Shown here piece by piece: positions 36,946 to 47,071 of a stretch of 64,000 bases of DNA (the stretch's first letter is position 1; every line of letters starts with the position of its first letter). Source of the DNA: Candidatus Thorarchaeota archaeon (GTDB lineage: Archaea > Asgardarchaeota > Thorarchaeia > Thorarchaeales > Thorarchaeaceae); contig SDNP01000011.1 in the NCBI GenBank assembly GCA_004524445.1, positions 16,668-80,667 on the forward strand, written 5' to 3'. Below the pieces are notes generated by a model. It did not search any database. It saw nothing but the letters and a program-made list of their open reading frames with translations, and had not been told where the DNA came from. The translations under genes were made by a program, and so were the position numbers.

Positions 36946-37314
36946 TCACTTCTTCTGCATATGTGAGGAAAAAGACTCGTCTTTGCCGTGACGAGTAAAG
37001 ATCCTATCCGAGGGAATTGCTTTTCCAGGACCGAATGCGTACTTGGCGGGTTCGTATTCGCAATCAAGAAGTGACGCCTTCCACATGTCGCGCCTTGCAT
37101 TAGTTCTGAAAATACGTTGACGTTCTAATTGTTTTACTTCGATATACGTGCCATATGCAATTACGGCTAAGACAATGACTACAATGCCACCCAGCAAGTA
37201 CGATATCAACATAGCAATTAACAATAGTTTATTATGCATATAATTCTTGCGGGATTGGCGCAAATGCAATCCCAATGAGGGCTTGAATGAGGGAAGTGAA
37301 GTAAATACCCCCAA
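36946..37314 (-). CDS. small single-TM hypothetical protein
   Basis: One TM helix, then a basic tail; start uncertain. Confidence 0.45.
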   Translation of the reverse strand: MGVFTSLPSFKPSLGLHLRQSRKNYMHNKLLLIAMLISYLLGGIVVIVLAVIAYGTYIEVKQLERQRIFRTNARRDMWKASLLDCEYEPAKYAFGPGKAIPSDRIFTRHGKDESFSSHMQKK

Positions 37315-37364
37315 GGGATAGACAGCAAAAAGATAATTATCATGAGAAGTGAATCATTTCCATC

Positions 37365-38336
37365 ATGAGGGTATTAGTAACTGGGGCCTTCGGTAATGTC
37401 GGTGAGAGTGCGTTACTAGAGTTATTGCCCCGAGGAATGGATGTAATTGCATTTGATTTGCCGACCAAACAGAACAAAGAGGTCTATGAAGGCATGGAAC
37501 ACAAGTCGAATCTCGACGTCGTTTGGGGAGACATAAGAGACCGGGAATTGGTTTCACGGACTATATCGAATGGTTTGGATTGCATAATTCATCTCGCGGC
37601 GATAATACCTCCGCAAAGTGAAGCCAATCCCGAACTTGCCTATGAGGTGAATATTGGTGGTACTCGAAACCTGTTAGATGGGGTTGCATTCAGCACCTCG
37701 AAACCAAAATTCGTCTATGCTAGTTCAATTGCCACCTATGGCCATTGTGACGGAACTGGCCCTCCTCGGTCAGCTTCGGACCCGCAGATTGCTACAGACA
37801 ATTATACGTCTCATAAGATTGAGAGCGAGCGCCTAGTGAAAGAGAGTGGTTTGCCTTGGACCATTCTTCGGTTTGGGGTTGTGACACCTCTGACACTAGA
37901 TAGCGATGTCGGCCCCATCATGTTTGACATCCCACTTGAGCAACGTATTGAATTCGTCCATACTAGGGATATCGGCCTTGCTGTAGCAAATGCAGTTACT
38001 GCAGCATCAGAGGGGAAAATATTGCTCCTTGGAGGCGGGGAGGACTGCAGAATGCATTACCGTGATTTTGTGGAGGCGCTCTTAGAAGCTATGGGCGTTG
38101 GAATGCTACCCGAGTCCGCCTTCAAGCAACCAACTTGCCAAGAGGATTATTTCCATACAGATTGGATGGATAGTCGAGAAGCGCAAGAGATTCTACAATA
38201 CCAGACCAGAAGCTTTGAACAATTTTTGGAGGACTATCGAAGATTGCTTGGACACGGCAGGTATCTAGTAAGACTGCTGCGGCCACTGATAAGATGGCGG
38301 TTGCTATCACAATCTCCATACCATAAGAAGGATTGA
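37365..38336 (+). CDS. NAD-dependent epimerase/dehydratase (extended SDR)
   Basis: VLVTGAFGNVG, IHLAA, YTSHK (YxxxK). Confidence 0.92.
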   Translation: MRVLVTGAFGNVGESALLELLPRGMDVIAFDLPTKQNKEVYEGMEHKSNLDVVWGDIRDRELVSRTISNGLDCIIHLAAIIPPQSEANPELAYEVNIGGTRNLLDGVAFSTSKPKFVYASSIATYGHCDGTGPPRSASDPQIATDNYTSHKIESERLVKESGLPWTILRFGVVTPLTLDSDVGPIMFDIPLEQRIEFVHTRDIGLAVANAVTAASEGKILLLGGGEDCRMHYRDFVEALLEAMGVGMLPESAFKQPTCQEDYFHTDWMDSREAQEILQYQTRSFEQFLEDYRRLLGHGRYLVRLLRPLIRWRLLSQSPYHKKD

Positions 38337-38463
38337 ATTTGGACCTTTCACTCTGATGTGAATTCCTGTGCACAATTCTGGCAGATCAGTGTTGGCGCCC
38401 CATTCTCTGTGATGTCGTAATGATATCCCGTACCACCATGCATGCATGCGATTTGATGATTAT

Positions 38464-38748
38464 TCATCCTAGTTTGAGATACTTCCCATCCATGACACGG
38501 GCAACATATTTGCGTCCCTTCAGTACCCACATGATCTCATGCCCCTCTCGCGCCTTCTCTGCCCAGTGGGAGTCCTTCTCGGGATTTTGCTCAAGAAACG
38601 TATAGCCATCGATAGAGAATTTTCGTAGGTTGCTTCGTGATGTCCGCTTCATCTCATACACGTCTCCATCTATCTCGACCGATTCGTTATCCTTGAAGAT
38701 TGCATCGAAAACTACGGGGGCAACTCTCTCAAGGTCCTCTTTATTCAA
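38464..38748 (-). CDS. hypothetical protein
   Basis: TTG start with GGTGA SD; EQNP.K.S.WA..AR.G..IMWV. Confidence 0.7.
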   Translation of the reverse strand: MNKEDLERVAPVVFDAIFKDNESVEIDGDVYEMKRTSRSNLRKFSIDGYTFLEQNPEKDSHWAEKAREGHEIMWVLKGRKYVARVMDGKYLKLG

Positions 38749-38905
38749 GATTAGTCACCGGATATGCAGGGGTTTTCTAAGACATAGGTCTTTTGCAAAA
38801 TGGATGAACAAAACTGGTCCAGCTCGGGCGACCCATTTGGGCACTGGATTGGAGTCAGCTATACTGGATGATTCCTCCATTTGACTGATATACTGATAGA
38901 CCAAA

Positions 38906-40195
38906 ATGAACCACAAGATGAATGAAGCTAGTGCCCCAGAGAATCTTGAACGCCTAGGCTTGATTCTCGCATTCATAGCTGGGTTCCTTCTGTTTATTAA
39001 CGGACTCAGATTTGCAGTCTTTGGCGCTATGCTAGCAACTATTATGCCCGTTTCAGGAGCTATTCTAATTATTGCAGGACTCTTTCTTGGGTCAGCGGTT
39101 CTGTTGAGTCTCTTCATTTATTGGAAAGTGGGCATGCTAGGCGCCGTAGCAATGTTGCTCTCGTCAGCATGGGGAACATTGGTTGTGGATTATCCATATC
39201 TTGCCCCCGTGATGGGAGTTGTCGCAGCACTTATCCTTCTGTATAATTGTGGCCCCGCCATTAGCAAGAAACAAGGCATAACTATTGTCATCACAGTCGT
39301 TCTTGTTTTGGTGCCCTTATTTGGAGTACTGGCATCTCGCTCAGAAGGGTATCGTTACTTGACAGTTGATGGCATGCAGCGGCAGTATCTGCTTCATATC
39401 CCTGATAGCTATGATGGATCCGAGCCAGTACCTCTCTTGGTAGCTCTCCACGGAGGAGGAGGGGATGCAAGAAACATGAAACGCTCTTATGGATTGGATA
39501 CGGTTGCGGAGCGATACGGGTTCATCATAGCATATCCAGATGGCACGGGAGACCTGCAATACTCACTGCATACCTGGAACTCAGGGTATGCGGATGTCTA
39601 TGCTTTCAGAAACAACGTGAGTGATGTCGAGTTTCTATATGATCTGATTGAGCAACTTATAGATGCATACAATGTTAATTCATCGGCAGTCTATATGACC
39701 GGACATTCCAATGGAGCGATGATGACATACAGGTTTGCTGCTGAACACGCAGAGATGGTGAGCGGTATAGCTCCAGTCTCAGGCAGCGTTGGAGGCAAAA
39801 TGACTGAGGATAGCGAGTTGTATGTAATACCGGACCCAGAGCATCCTCTATCCGTAGTGCATGTTCATGGAAAACAAGACAAGCAGGTTCTCTATGAGGG
39901 TGGCAAGGGGGAGAAGGGGTTCCTCGTGGATCGGGTGGATTTATCCGCTAATGACTCGGTTGAGTTCTGGGTGGAAAACAACAACTGCTCTTCAAATCCA
40001 ATTATCGAGATGTCGCCTAATGGGAGAATTGAGATTTGGAGATACGCAGATGGGATTGATGACACGCAAGTTCTCTTAGTGACTCTCAATGAGGGCAGCC
40101 ATGCTTGGGCGAATATGAGTTCAGAGGTTTCAAATGAGGAATTCTATGGCTCAAGCCTAGCGGAGATGATATGGCTTCTCCTCGAGAGAATCTGA
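38906..40195 (+). CDS. membrane-anchored alpha/beta hydrolase (PHB depolymerase/LpqC-like esterase)
   Basis: 5 N-terminal TM; PLLVALHGGGG, AYPDG, WNSG, TGHSNGAMM, HG..D, HAW. Confidence 0.85.
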   Translation: MNHKMNEASAPENLERLGLILAFIAGFLLFINGLRFAVFGAMLATIMPVSGAILIIAGLFLGSAVLLSLFIYWKVGMLGAVAMLLSSAWGTLVVDYPYLAPVMGVVAALILLYNCGPAISKKQGITIVITVVLVLVPLFGVLASRSEGYRYLTVDGMQRQYLLHIPDSYDGSEPVPLLVALHGGGGDARNMKRSYGLDTVAERYGFIIAYPDGTGDLQYSLHTWNSGYADVYAFRNNVSDVEFLYDLIEQLIDAYNVNSSAVYMTGHSNGAMMTYRFAAEHAEMVSGIAPVSGSVGGKMTEDSELYVIPDPEHPLSVVHVHGKQDKQVLYEGGKGEKGFLVDRVDLSANDSVEFWVENNNCSSNPIIEMSPNGRIEIWRYADGIDDTQVLLVTLNEGSHAWANMSSEVSNEEFYGSSLAEMIWLLLERI

Positions 40196-40320
40196 TGTAG
40201 AGATTGATTACTTCTTGAAACAGCAACAGAAAGACATTCTGAAACATAGGAGTTTCTCCACACAAAAAGAATTCACTTGGTGAATCTCCAAAGCCACAGA
40301 AATCAATATGAGAAATCAAA

Positions 40321-40899
40321 TCATATCTCGTATTTGCCGAAGAAGAAATTCTCCTCAGGATTCTTTCTCGTTCTGGCCCGTGTGATTTTTTCTTTTATCT
40401 TGTCCATGAGTTTATCCTGGACTCTTTCAACATCACCCTCGTATCCGACGGCGAATAGCACAACTACTCTGAAGTCCTCGGGGAAGTATAGGGCCTTCTT
40501 GACCTTGGATTCATTATATCCTGCCATCTGATGAACACGTAACCCTTGATGTTCCGCTTCGATAACCAGATTCATCACACTGAGTCCAAGATCGTAAGCA
40601 TAGTATGGAATACCATTCGTATTGCATCCCTTTTCTGGGTCGGCAGCAACAGCAACAAGATACGGAGCTGACTTCGCCCATCCGTTTCCAATATTCAGAG
40701 CGCCGTCCAGCTCGCGTCTAGTCGCATCAGATTTGCCCACAAAGACGTAGTTCCATTCTTGATTGTTGAAGCAGGAGGGGGCCCACCTTGCAGCCTCTAT
40801 CAGAAGGTCGATTTTTTCTTTCTCAACCTCTCTGTCTTCAAATACAATGACACTCTTCCTGTTTTGTATCTCTGGCAGAATCTCCATGGGGTAGTGCAT
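40321..40899 (-). CDS. nitroreductase family protein
   Basis: RKS..F, EAARWAPSCFNNQEW, VHQMAG, AVGY, RTRK. Confidence 0.92.
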   Translation of the reverse strand: MHYPMEILPEIQNRKSVIVFEDREVEKEKIDLLIEAARWAPSCFNNQEWNYVFVGKSDATRRELDGALNIGNGWAKSAPYLVAVAADPEKGCNTNGIPYYAYDLGLSVMNLVIEAEHQGLRVHQMAGYNESKVKKALYFPEDFRVVVLFAVGYEGDVERVQDKLMDKIKEKITRARTRKNPEENFFFGKYEI

Positions 40900-41040
40900 T
40901 CAATGGACAGTAATAATCCTGTTGACCCACCATGACGGTGTTGTTTAGGAACAGAAATGAACTACATCCATTGCGTTAATCTGAGAGGTATTAATGGCAG
41001 AGTCCTCATTACTTGCACCAGTCTATAGGAAGAAAGGACC

Positions 41041-42729
41041 TTGAATAAACAAACAATGGAGCGAAGCCTATTTCTATTCCTGCTGATTTCATCCATGGTT
41101 TTTCCACTTTTTCTTTTGCCAATCGAAACTAAGGCACTCACACCGGTATTTTCTGCAATTGAAACACCTTCAATTGAGCGTACATGGGATGATGTTTCTC
41201 TTCTCTATCCCGACCAATATCTGAACAACACAATGGTAATAGAAGAAGTGGACAACATCCATACGGCCGCCCCTGACTTGATTGATGTTGACATAATTGG
41301 ACAGAGCTATGAGGGTCGAGATATCCTTAGCATTAGAATCACCAATGAGGATGCGGCAAGGCAGAAGGCAAAGACCTTGCTCGTCGCACACCATCACGGT
41401 CGAGAGATGGTTACCGTGAACCATGCCATCTTCTTCATTCAGTGGTTGGTAAACAGCTACGGCGAGGACACTCAGCTAACGGAATATGTCGATACACAAG
41501 AGATCTATGTCATCCCAACCATGAACCCGGATGCCCTTGATTACATATTCAACAATAGCGATTATTGGCTAAGGAAGAATCTCAGGCCCTATGATGATGA
41601 TGGGGATGGATTGTTCGACGAGGATACGTATGACGATGAAAATGGTGATGGGCACATAACTCAGTATGAGGTCTGGGAGAAGGGATCCGGTGGCCGCAAT
41701 ACCTATCTCTACGCATACTATGAGGGCATCGATGATGACGGAGATGGTCAGGTCAACGAGGATTGGGTTGGACACACCGACCTAAATCGAAACTATGATG
41801 CCAACTGGGGAATTGAACCAAGTGCCTCGCTGGATTCAATGAGCCAGGCATTTGCAGGCACTGCGCCATTTTCAGAACCCGAAACACGAGCTTTCAGGGA
41901 TTTTGCCCAAGACCATAGATTCGGAATGGCATACTCTTTACATACAGGAACTAACGCTACATTCTTCGTCACTGGATTTAGTGGAAACTGGATTGAAGGG
42001 CAGCTCTATTCGCAGATGTGGAATGACTACGAAGAGTTTCTCCCTGAAGGCTTCAACTACTATCTTGACTATTCTGCAAAGGAAAATGCTGAAGCTAGAC
42101 CAGCCATACTCTCTGGCGGGTGGGACGAATACATGTACCATGAACTTGATTGTCTTGCACCCATCACGTTTGAGATATATCACAATGCATCAGCAGAGTC
42201 CGAAGAACTCTATTATCTTCACGAGGAAAATTCGACTCATTATATTATGGCGTTCAATGGCATTTACGAGTACTTCAGTCCAGATACAGACTACATTGAG
42301 GACCTTTGGCTGGAACTCATTCCTGCATACGAGTATCTCCTTGAACAAACGCCCCGCATAAGCCTATCTTTCTCTGGTGGGTCTGTAAGTGGAACAAGTG
42401 TTTCGGCCACCATGATGACAACGTGCCTGAGTCCAAGAATAGAAACAGTTGAAGCGATTAAGATACAATTGGATGATGGAACTCTCCTCGACTCAACCGA
42501 GCCTGTCGATGCAGATACAACATACAACGCACCAATAACTCTTCAATTCACTTCTCTAGATGTGAATGCGAGCATTCGAATAAGAGTAGGGAATGAGTTC
42601 TCTGGATATGCCCAATTCGAGATCTCGTTCCGTGAAACCACTTTCATTGAACCTGTCCTTGTTGGTGTTGTTACTATAGCAATTATTGCAGTTGTGATTG
42701 TCTTAGTCTTTGTGTTGAAGAAAAGGTAG
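41041..42729 (+). CDS. M14 zinc carboxypeptidase, secreted and C-terminally membrane-anchored
   Basis: HGRE, NPD, RKN, DLNRNY, SEPET, SLH, TFE; DxDGDG inserts; C-terminal TM + KKR. Confidence 0.9.
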   Translation: MNKQTMERSLFLFLLISSMVFPLFLLPIETKALTPVFSAIETPSIERTWDDVSLLYPDQYLNNTMVIEEVDNIHTAAPDLIDVDIIGQSYEGRDILSIRITNEDAARQKAKTLLVAHHHGREMVTVNHAIFFIQWLVNSYGEDTQLTEYVDTQEIYVIPTMNPDALDYIFNNSDYWLRKNLRPYDDDGDGLFDEDTYDDENGDGHITQYEVWEKGSGGRNTYLYAYYEGIDDDGDGQVNEDWVGHTDLNRNYDANWGIEPSASLDSMSQAFAGTAPFSEPETRAFRDFAQDHRFGMAYSLHTGTNATFFVTGFSGNWIEGQLYSQMWNDYEEFLPEGFNYYLDYSAKENAEARPAILSGGWDEYMYHELDCLAPITFEIYHNASAESEELYYLHEENSTHYIMAFNGIYEYFSPDTDYIEDLWLELIPAYEYLLEQTPRISLSFSGGSVSGTSVSATMMTTCLSPRIETVEAIKIQLDDGTLLDSTEPVDADTTYNAPITLQFTSLDVNASIRIRVGNEFSGYAQFEISFRETTFIEPVLVGVVTIAIIAVVIVLVFVLKKR

Positions 42730-42733
42730 ACCC

Positions 42734-43270
42734 TTAGTAGGTGAATTCGATTTCGCTTGGTTCTGTAGTCAGAGTGTACCAGTTCATGTTATTCCACGTA
42801 AAGGAGACCCTGGCATAGAAATAGGTGCCCTCTTCAAGATTGGGGGAGAATATCTCGTCATCTCTATCTGAGTAGTGTAAAATGACACTCTCTCCAGGTT
42901 CAACGCTATAGGGTAGCTCTTGTGAGGGCGATAAGAAAAGCGAGAGGGTCACTAGCGCCTCGGAGGTGTTATTGTAGTAAATCGTCATTGTGATTGCGCT
43001 GAAATTGTGGAAATCGAGTATACTCTGTCCGGTGTTTGTGACGTTGATTCTGACGGATGAAAAAAATGGTGGTCCTTCTTCCGGGATGATAGGCATGAAG
43101 TCTTGCGCGAACGATGCCTCTGCACGAATCAGGAAATCGCCCCACATCATTTGGTCAGCCTTTTCGTCGGGCGGAGACGAGGGCGGAGGGCTCAACAAAA
43201 GGGCAGTAGCAACGATTCCAACAGCCACTATCAAGACGATTCCCGCAGCAAGTATGTTCCTTTGATTCAT
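42734..43270 (-). CDS. membrane-anchored hypothetical protein
   Basis: N-terminal TM after MNQRN; DFMP...GPP, beta-rich domain. Confidence 0.7.
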   Translation of the reverse strand: MNQRNILAAGIVLIVAVGIVATALLLSPPPSSPPDEKADQMMWGDFLIRAEASFAQDFMPIIPEEGPPFFSSVRINVTNTGQSILDFHNFSAITMTIYYNNTSEALVTLSLFLSPSQELPYSVEPGESVILHYSDRDDEIFSPNLEEGTYFYARVSFTWNNMNWYTLTTEPSEIEFTY

Positions 43271-43410
43271 TTCCTTACGCCTTACAGTAGGGAATGAAAG
43301 AATATGATTCTGATGGTTAGAGTGTCGCATAGTGATGTCCAGATAACGATAGGATTCGGAAACCCCTTATTCGAGTTCTCAGTGGGATAATTCGCACCTT
43401 TCTGCAATAA

Positions 43411-44187
43411 TCAATGGTCTATAGTCCCGTTGAACTCCTCGGGGATAACAAAGATACCTCCAGAGTACTCAATAGTATTGACTTTCACATTGTACACAAA
43501 CTCGATTGCCTCTGGAGTCAAAACCTCCAAGCCACCCTGTACGAAGATTTCTCCGTCATTCAACATCACAATCCGATCACAGAATTTCAAAGCCAGGTTC
43601 AGATTATGGAGAGCCATCACTGCTGAGAGACCGTCACGAGTCTGGTTTCTTATCAGCTTCAGCACCTCCAGCTGATGTTTCAGGTCCAAATTGGAGGTTG
43701 GTTCATCCAAAAGGAGGATATTTGGCTGTTGAGCGAGTGCTCGACCTATTACAACCTTCTGTCTTTCGCCCCCACTCAATTCAGTGATATTTCGTAACGC
43801 AAATTGTTCGAGATTCAGCATTTCTAATAATTGCGAAACAACCCGCAAATCCTTGCTTGTTGGTGCCCATTGAATATGTGGCTTTCGACCCAATAACAGA
43901 GTGTCAAACACCGTGTTCGGAAAAATACGTCCGTTGTGTTGCGGGACATAGCCCATGATTCTTGCAATGTCGTTGCGCCCATATTCTTGCATGGATTTTC
44001 CGTCTATCAGTATGCTACCGTTTTGGGGCTGAAGGATACCATTGATACATTTTAGCAGCGTTGTCTTTCCTGACCCATTAGGCCCGAGAATTGCAAGGAA
44101 TTCGCCTGCCTTGAGATTGAATGTGATGTCATTCAGTATAGGTTTGTTATTGTAACGAAATGATATACTATTAACTTCGAGTTTCAC
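43411..44187 (-). CDS. iron-siderophore/cobalamin ABC transporter ATPase
   Basis: GPNGSGKT, LSGGERQK, LLDEPTSNLD. Confidence 0.95.
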   Translation of the reverse strand: MKLEVNSISFRYNNKPILNDITFNLKAGEFLAILGPNGSGKTTLLKCINGILQPQNGSILIDGKSMQEYGRNDIARIMGYVPQHNGRIFPNTVFDTLLLGRKPHIQWAPTSKDLRVVSQLLEMLNLEQFALRNITELSGGERQKVVIGRALAQQPNILLLDEPTSNLDLKHQLEVLKLIRNQTRDGLSAVMALHNLNLALKFCDRIVMLNDGEIFVQGGLEVLTPEAIEFVYNVKVNTIEYSGGIFVIPEEFNGTIDH

Positions 44188-45233
44188 CAGTATCTCCTCC
44201 CAACGATTACAAGGTACAGAAACAAAGGCGCACCCAAAAATGATGTCAGAATTCCAACAGGCAGAATGACAGGGGAGAGAATAGTCCTAGCGACACTGTC
44301 AGATACTAGCAATAAGATAGAACCCACAATACAGGATGCGGGCATCAAGAATCTGTCATCGCCCCCGATTGTCTTACGAATGATATGAGGGACCACCAAT
44401 CCGATGAAGCCAATTATACCTGTGAATGAAACGATTAGTGCGGTCACTAAGGAAGCGACAAACAGGCTCGTGATTCTGACTCTTTCTACATCTACTCCTA
44501 GGCTCTTTGCGGTGGCATCTCCACTGACTAGTGCCTTGTAATTCCAGACGTTATAAAGAAAGAAGATGATAGACGGTAGCACAACTATTGCCATAATCGA
44601 CAGCTCATTCCAGGATACTCTGCTTAAATCACCAAACATCCAAAAGACAATAGCAGAGAGCTGCAGATCTTCAGCGAAGTATTTCAAGGATGCGAGTCCT
44701 GCGGTAAATAAGGAGCCAAGAGCAACACCCGATAGAATCATGGTCTCCGGCGATGCCCCCCTATATTTTGCAAGCAGAATGATTATTGCTACCGCAACTA
44801 ATGAAAATCCAAAAGCACAGATAGACACTAGGTACGGAATGCTCTGCAAAGTAGGATTTGTTCCCACCCCTAGCACCACGAATGCGAATGCGGCCCCAAA
44901 GCCTGCAGAATGAGAGATTCCAAGTGTATAAGGAGACCCCAACGGATTCATGAGAATACTCTGCATGACTGCGCCGGCCACTGCCAGACCCATTCCTGCA
45001 AGAATAGCAGCGATTACCCGAGGAAGACGGATATGCCAGATAATGATGCTAGTGGGTCCACTGTCCTGCCCCAATAATATCAGGAAGACCTCGTAGGGAT
45101 CGATTTGGACTGTCCCTATGCAAATGGATGCAATAGCGACTACAATGAGAATAATGAAGCAGAGGAGTAGGAAGAGGGTCTTCTTTCGAATCTGCCCCAA
45201 GTAAGCATCTATGGTTTTATTGTTGGAGCCCAG
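44184..45233 (-). CDS. FecCD/BtuC-family ABC permease; probable CTG start
   Basis: IRLPR, NPLGSPYTLG, GIIGFIGLVVPH, LPVG; frame extends to CTG at 45233, preceded by AGGTGA. Confidence 0.93.
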   Translation of the reverse strand: MGSNNKTIDAYLGQIRKKTLFLLLCFIILIVVAIASICIGTVQIDPYEVFLILLGQDSGPTSIIIWHIRLPRVIAAILAGMGLAVAGAVMQSILMNPLGSPYTLGISHSAGFGAAFAFVVLGVGTNPTLQSIPYLVSICAFGFSLVAVAIIILLAKYRGASPETMILSGVALGSLFTAGLASLKYFAEDLQLSAIVFWMFGDLSRVSWNELSIMAIVVLPSIIFFLYNVWNYKALVSGDATAKSLGVDVERVRITSLFVASLVTALIVSFTGIIGFIGLVVPHIIRKTIGGDDRFLMPASCIVGSILLLVSDSVARTILSPVILPVGILTSFLGAPLFLYLVIVGRRYW

Positions 45234-46363
45234 AAAAGTTCACCTACTGTATCCAATTGAATCTTTTTGAATCCGCCCATCGCATCCGCCATCTGGTCAT
45301 ATACCGCCTCGCCAACTAAGAAGGAAAAAATCTCATCAGCTTTGGCCTCGGGGTCTATGTCGCTGAATTTTGTTGAATTGAGTGTCTTTCCAACATAGTA
45401 AGCATCTGCAAATACAACACCATGGTTTAACCCGTACCTTGGATAGGGAAACAGACCATAGACCTCACCAGACACGATGGCACTCAAGTTGCTGAATTTG
45501 GGATCCGTGATATCTTCAAGAACTAAAGGCAGGTTGACCTCATCAACGAAGATTATGTCGGGATCCCAATCTATCAGCTGTTCTGCGTCAATCTCAACAG
45601 TATTTGACAACGAGTCAATATCGCCAGCCACGTTCTTAGATTTGGTGAGAACAAAAGGCGGATACGCCCTCTGGGTCATGGTCAATCCAAATGAACCCTT
45701 TCTCGACAGTCCACCAACATACACTGTTGGCTTGGTGTTGTCTGGAATCTCATCTGTTCTCTCTTTGAGATCCTCAGCAAGAGATTTTACGTAGGATATC
45801 ACGTTCCCAGCCCGATTTTCTTTACCCATGATAGCTCCGACAATCCGTAATGACTCATAGAAATCATTGCGGTCATCGCTATAGTTGAGAGGTTCCGACG
45901 CTCCTTCGCCTGGGCGGACTACTACAACGGGAATGAGGGTATTCTCTTGAATCCTATTGGCGTCCTCGGCGGTGTAATATGATGCAACTATCACATCCGG
46001 GGCAAGACTGATAATGACCTCCATATTCACGCTATCGCTGGATTCTATCTCCGTAAGATTGGTCAAGGAAGGCTCAGCAAGCAGATACGGGAGAACATAT
46101 CTCAGTTTAAGGTCAGTTGCACCTCGCCCCACTATCATCTCCGAGCACTCAAGATATACTAAAGTCCGGAGAGCACCAATACCAATCCCCGCAACTCGCT
46201 CAACCTGTTGAGGAACTTCTACTTCTCTTTCCAGAATGTCCGTTATCTGGCGTGGGTCGCCAACCGGATTTGCACTCTGAAGGAGAAGTCCAACACTGAG
46301 AACTGAGATGATAACTATGGACATGATTACTACTGTGGCGGTCAACCCTTTTTTGGTCATCAT
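45209..46363 (-). CDS. iron/cobalamin ABC substrate-binding protein
   Basis: N-terminal anchor, ITDILEREVEVP..VERV, PDVI, EQLIDWDPDIIFVD. Confidence 0.92.
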   Translation of the reverse strand: MMTKKGLTATVVIMSIVIISVLSVGLLLQSANPVGDPRQITDILEREVEVPQQVERVAGIGIGALRTLVYLECSEMIVGRGATDLKLRYVLPYLLAEPSLTNLTEIESSDSVNMEVIISLAPDVIVASYYTAEDANRIQENTLIPVVVVRPGEGASEPLNYSDDRNDFYESLRIVGAIMGKENRAGNVISYVKSLAEDLKERTDEIPDNTKPTVYVGGLSRKGSFGLTMTQRAYPPFVLTKSKNVAGDIDSLSNTVEIDAEQLIDWDPDIIFVDEVNLPLVLEDITDPKFSNLSAIVSGEVYGLFPYPRYGLNHGVVFADAYYVGKTLNSTKFSDIDPEAKADEIFSFLVGEAVYDQMADAMGGFKKIQLDTVGELFWAPTIKP

Positions 46364-46543
46364 GAACGTGTCTTTCTCCTGCGCGATGCAAATTATACCG
46401 TAGCAACTTTTTGAGATTCGTGTTACTCGGCTTGGTGTCAACTATATATTCTTTTGCAATGCTCAGCTAAAGGGACAAAAACTGGTATTTCTTCTTACTA
46501 ATGGTTGAAATCATTCAAACTGTATCTTGATTGATTTGACAGA

Positions 46544-46771
46544 ATGAGCCTGACAATCGTTGGATTGCCTAACTCAAACTCCATCGGACTCATCATTTGG
46601 TTCAGCAGAGAATTCACAAATTCTGAAACCACTGTATATTATCTTGGCTCCATCCTACTCACCATAATCATTGGTATGCCTACACCCTTCTTACTCTTGA
46701 TTTCATTGGTAGTGATCAAGTTCTATCACCCGCCAAGAACAGAGGGCAGAGGGCTTAATGAAGAAGGCTGA
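46544..46771 (+). CDS. small membrane protein or gene fragment
   Basis: 75-aa ORF with a TM segment; weak support. Confidence 0.35.
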   Translation: MSLTIVGLPNSNSIGLIIWFSREFTNSETTVYYLGSILLTIIIGMPTPFLLLISLVVIKFYHPPRTEGRGLNEEG

Positions 46772-46848
46772 ACTTGTAAGGATGTGAGAGATGATAATGA
46801 AAAAACAGATAGAAGGGAGAGAATAACGGATTACCCATCTCGATTTTG

Positions 46849-46956
46849 TCGCCCTGACTGAATTCGTTCAACCTATTCACCAATTTCAGGGACTACATTG
46901 AATAGGTCGCCAATAAAGCTGAAGTTTGCTACGCCAAAGATTGGTACATCGCAGTC
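46849..46956 (-). pseudogene. decayed copy of the etfA 3' end
   Basis: 77/108 nt identical (ungapped, hand count) to 56283-56390; translates DCDVPIFGVANFSFIGDLFNVVPEIGE*VERIQSGR. Confidence 0.85.
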
Positions 46957-47071
46957 CAAGATCCAGAGATTTGATGAGGGCAAGACTTGCTTCATGAGAG
47001 GATATGCCGGATTTATATCCAAAGACTGTACATAGACTACCGTACTCATTTAGCTTAGGAGTTGTCAGAAC

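Noticed and set aside
38348-38530. Small Cys/His-rich ORF
   Set aside because: Overlaps the neighbouring gene; only the ~39-aa tail (CMH...CQNC) could be real; insufficient support
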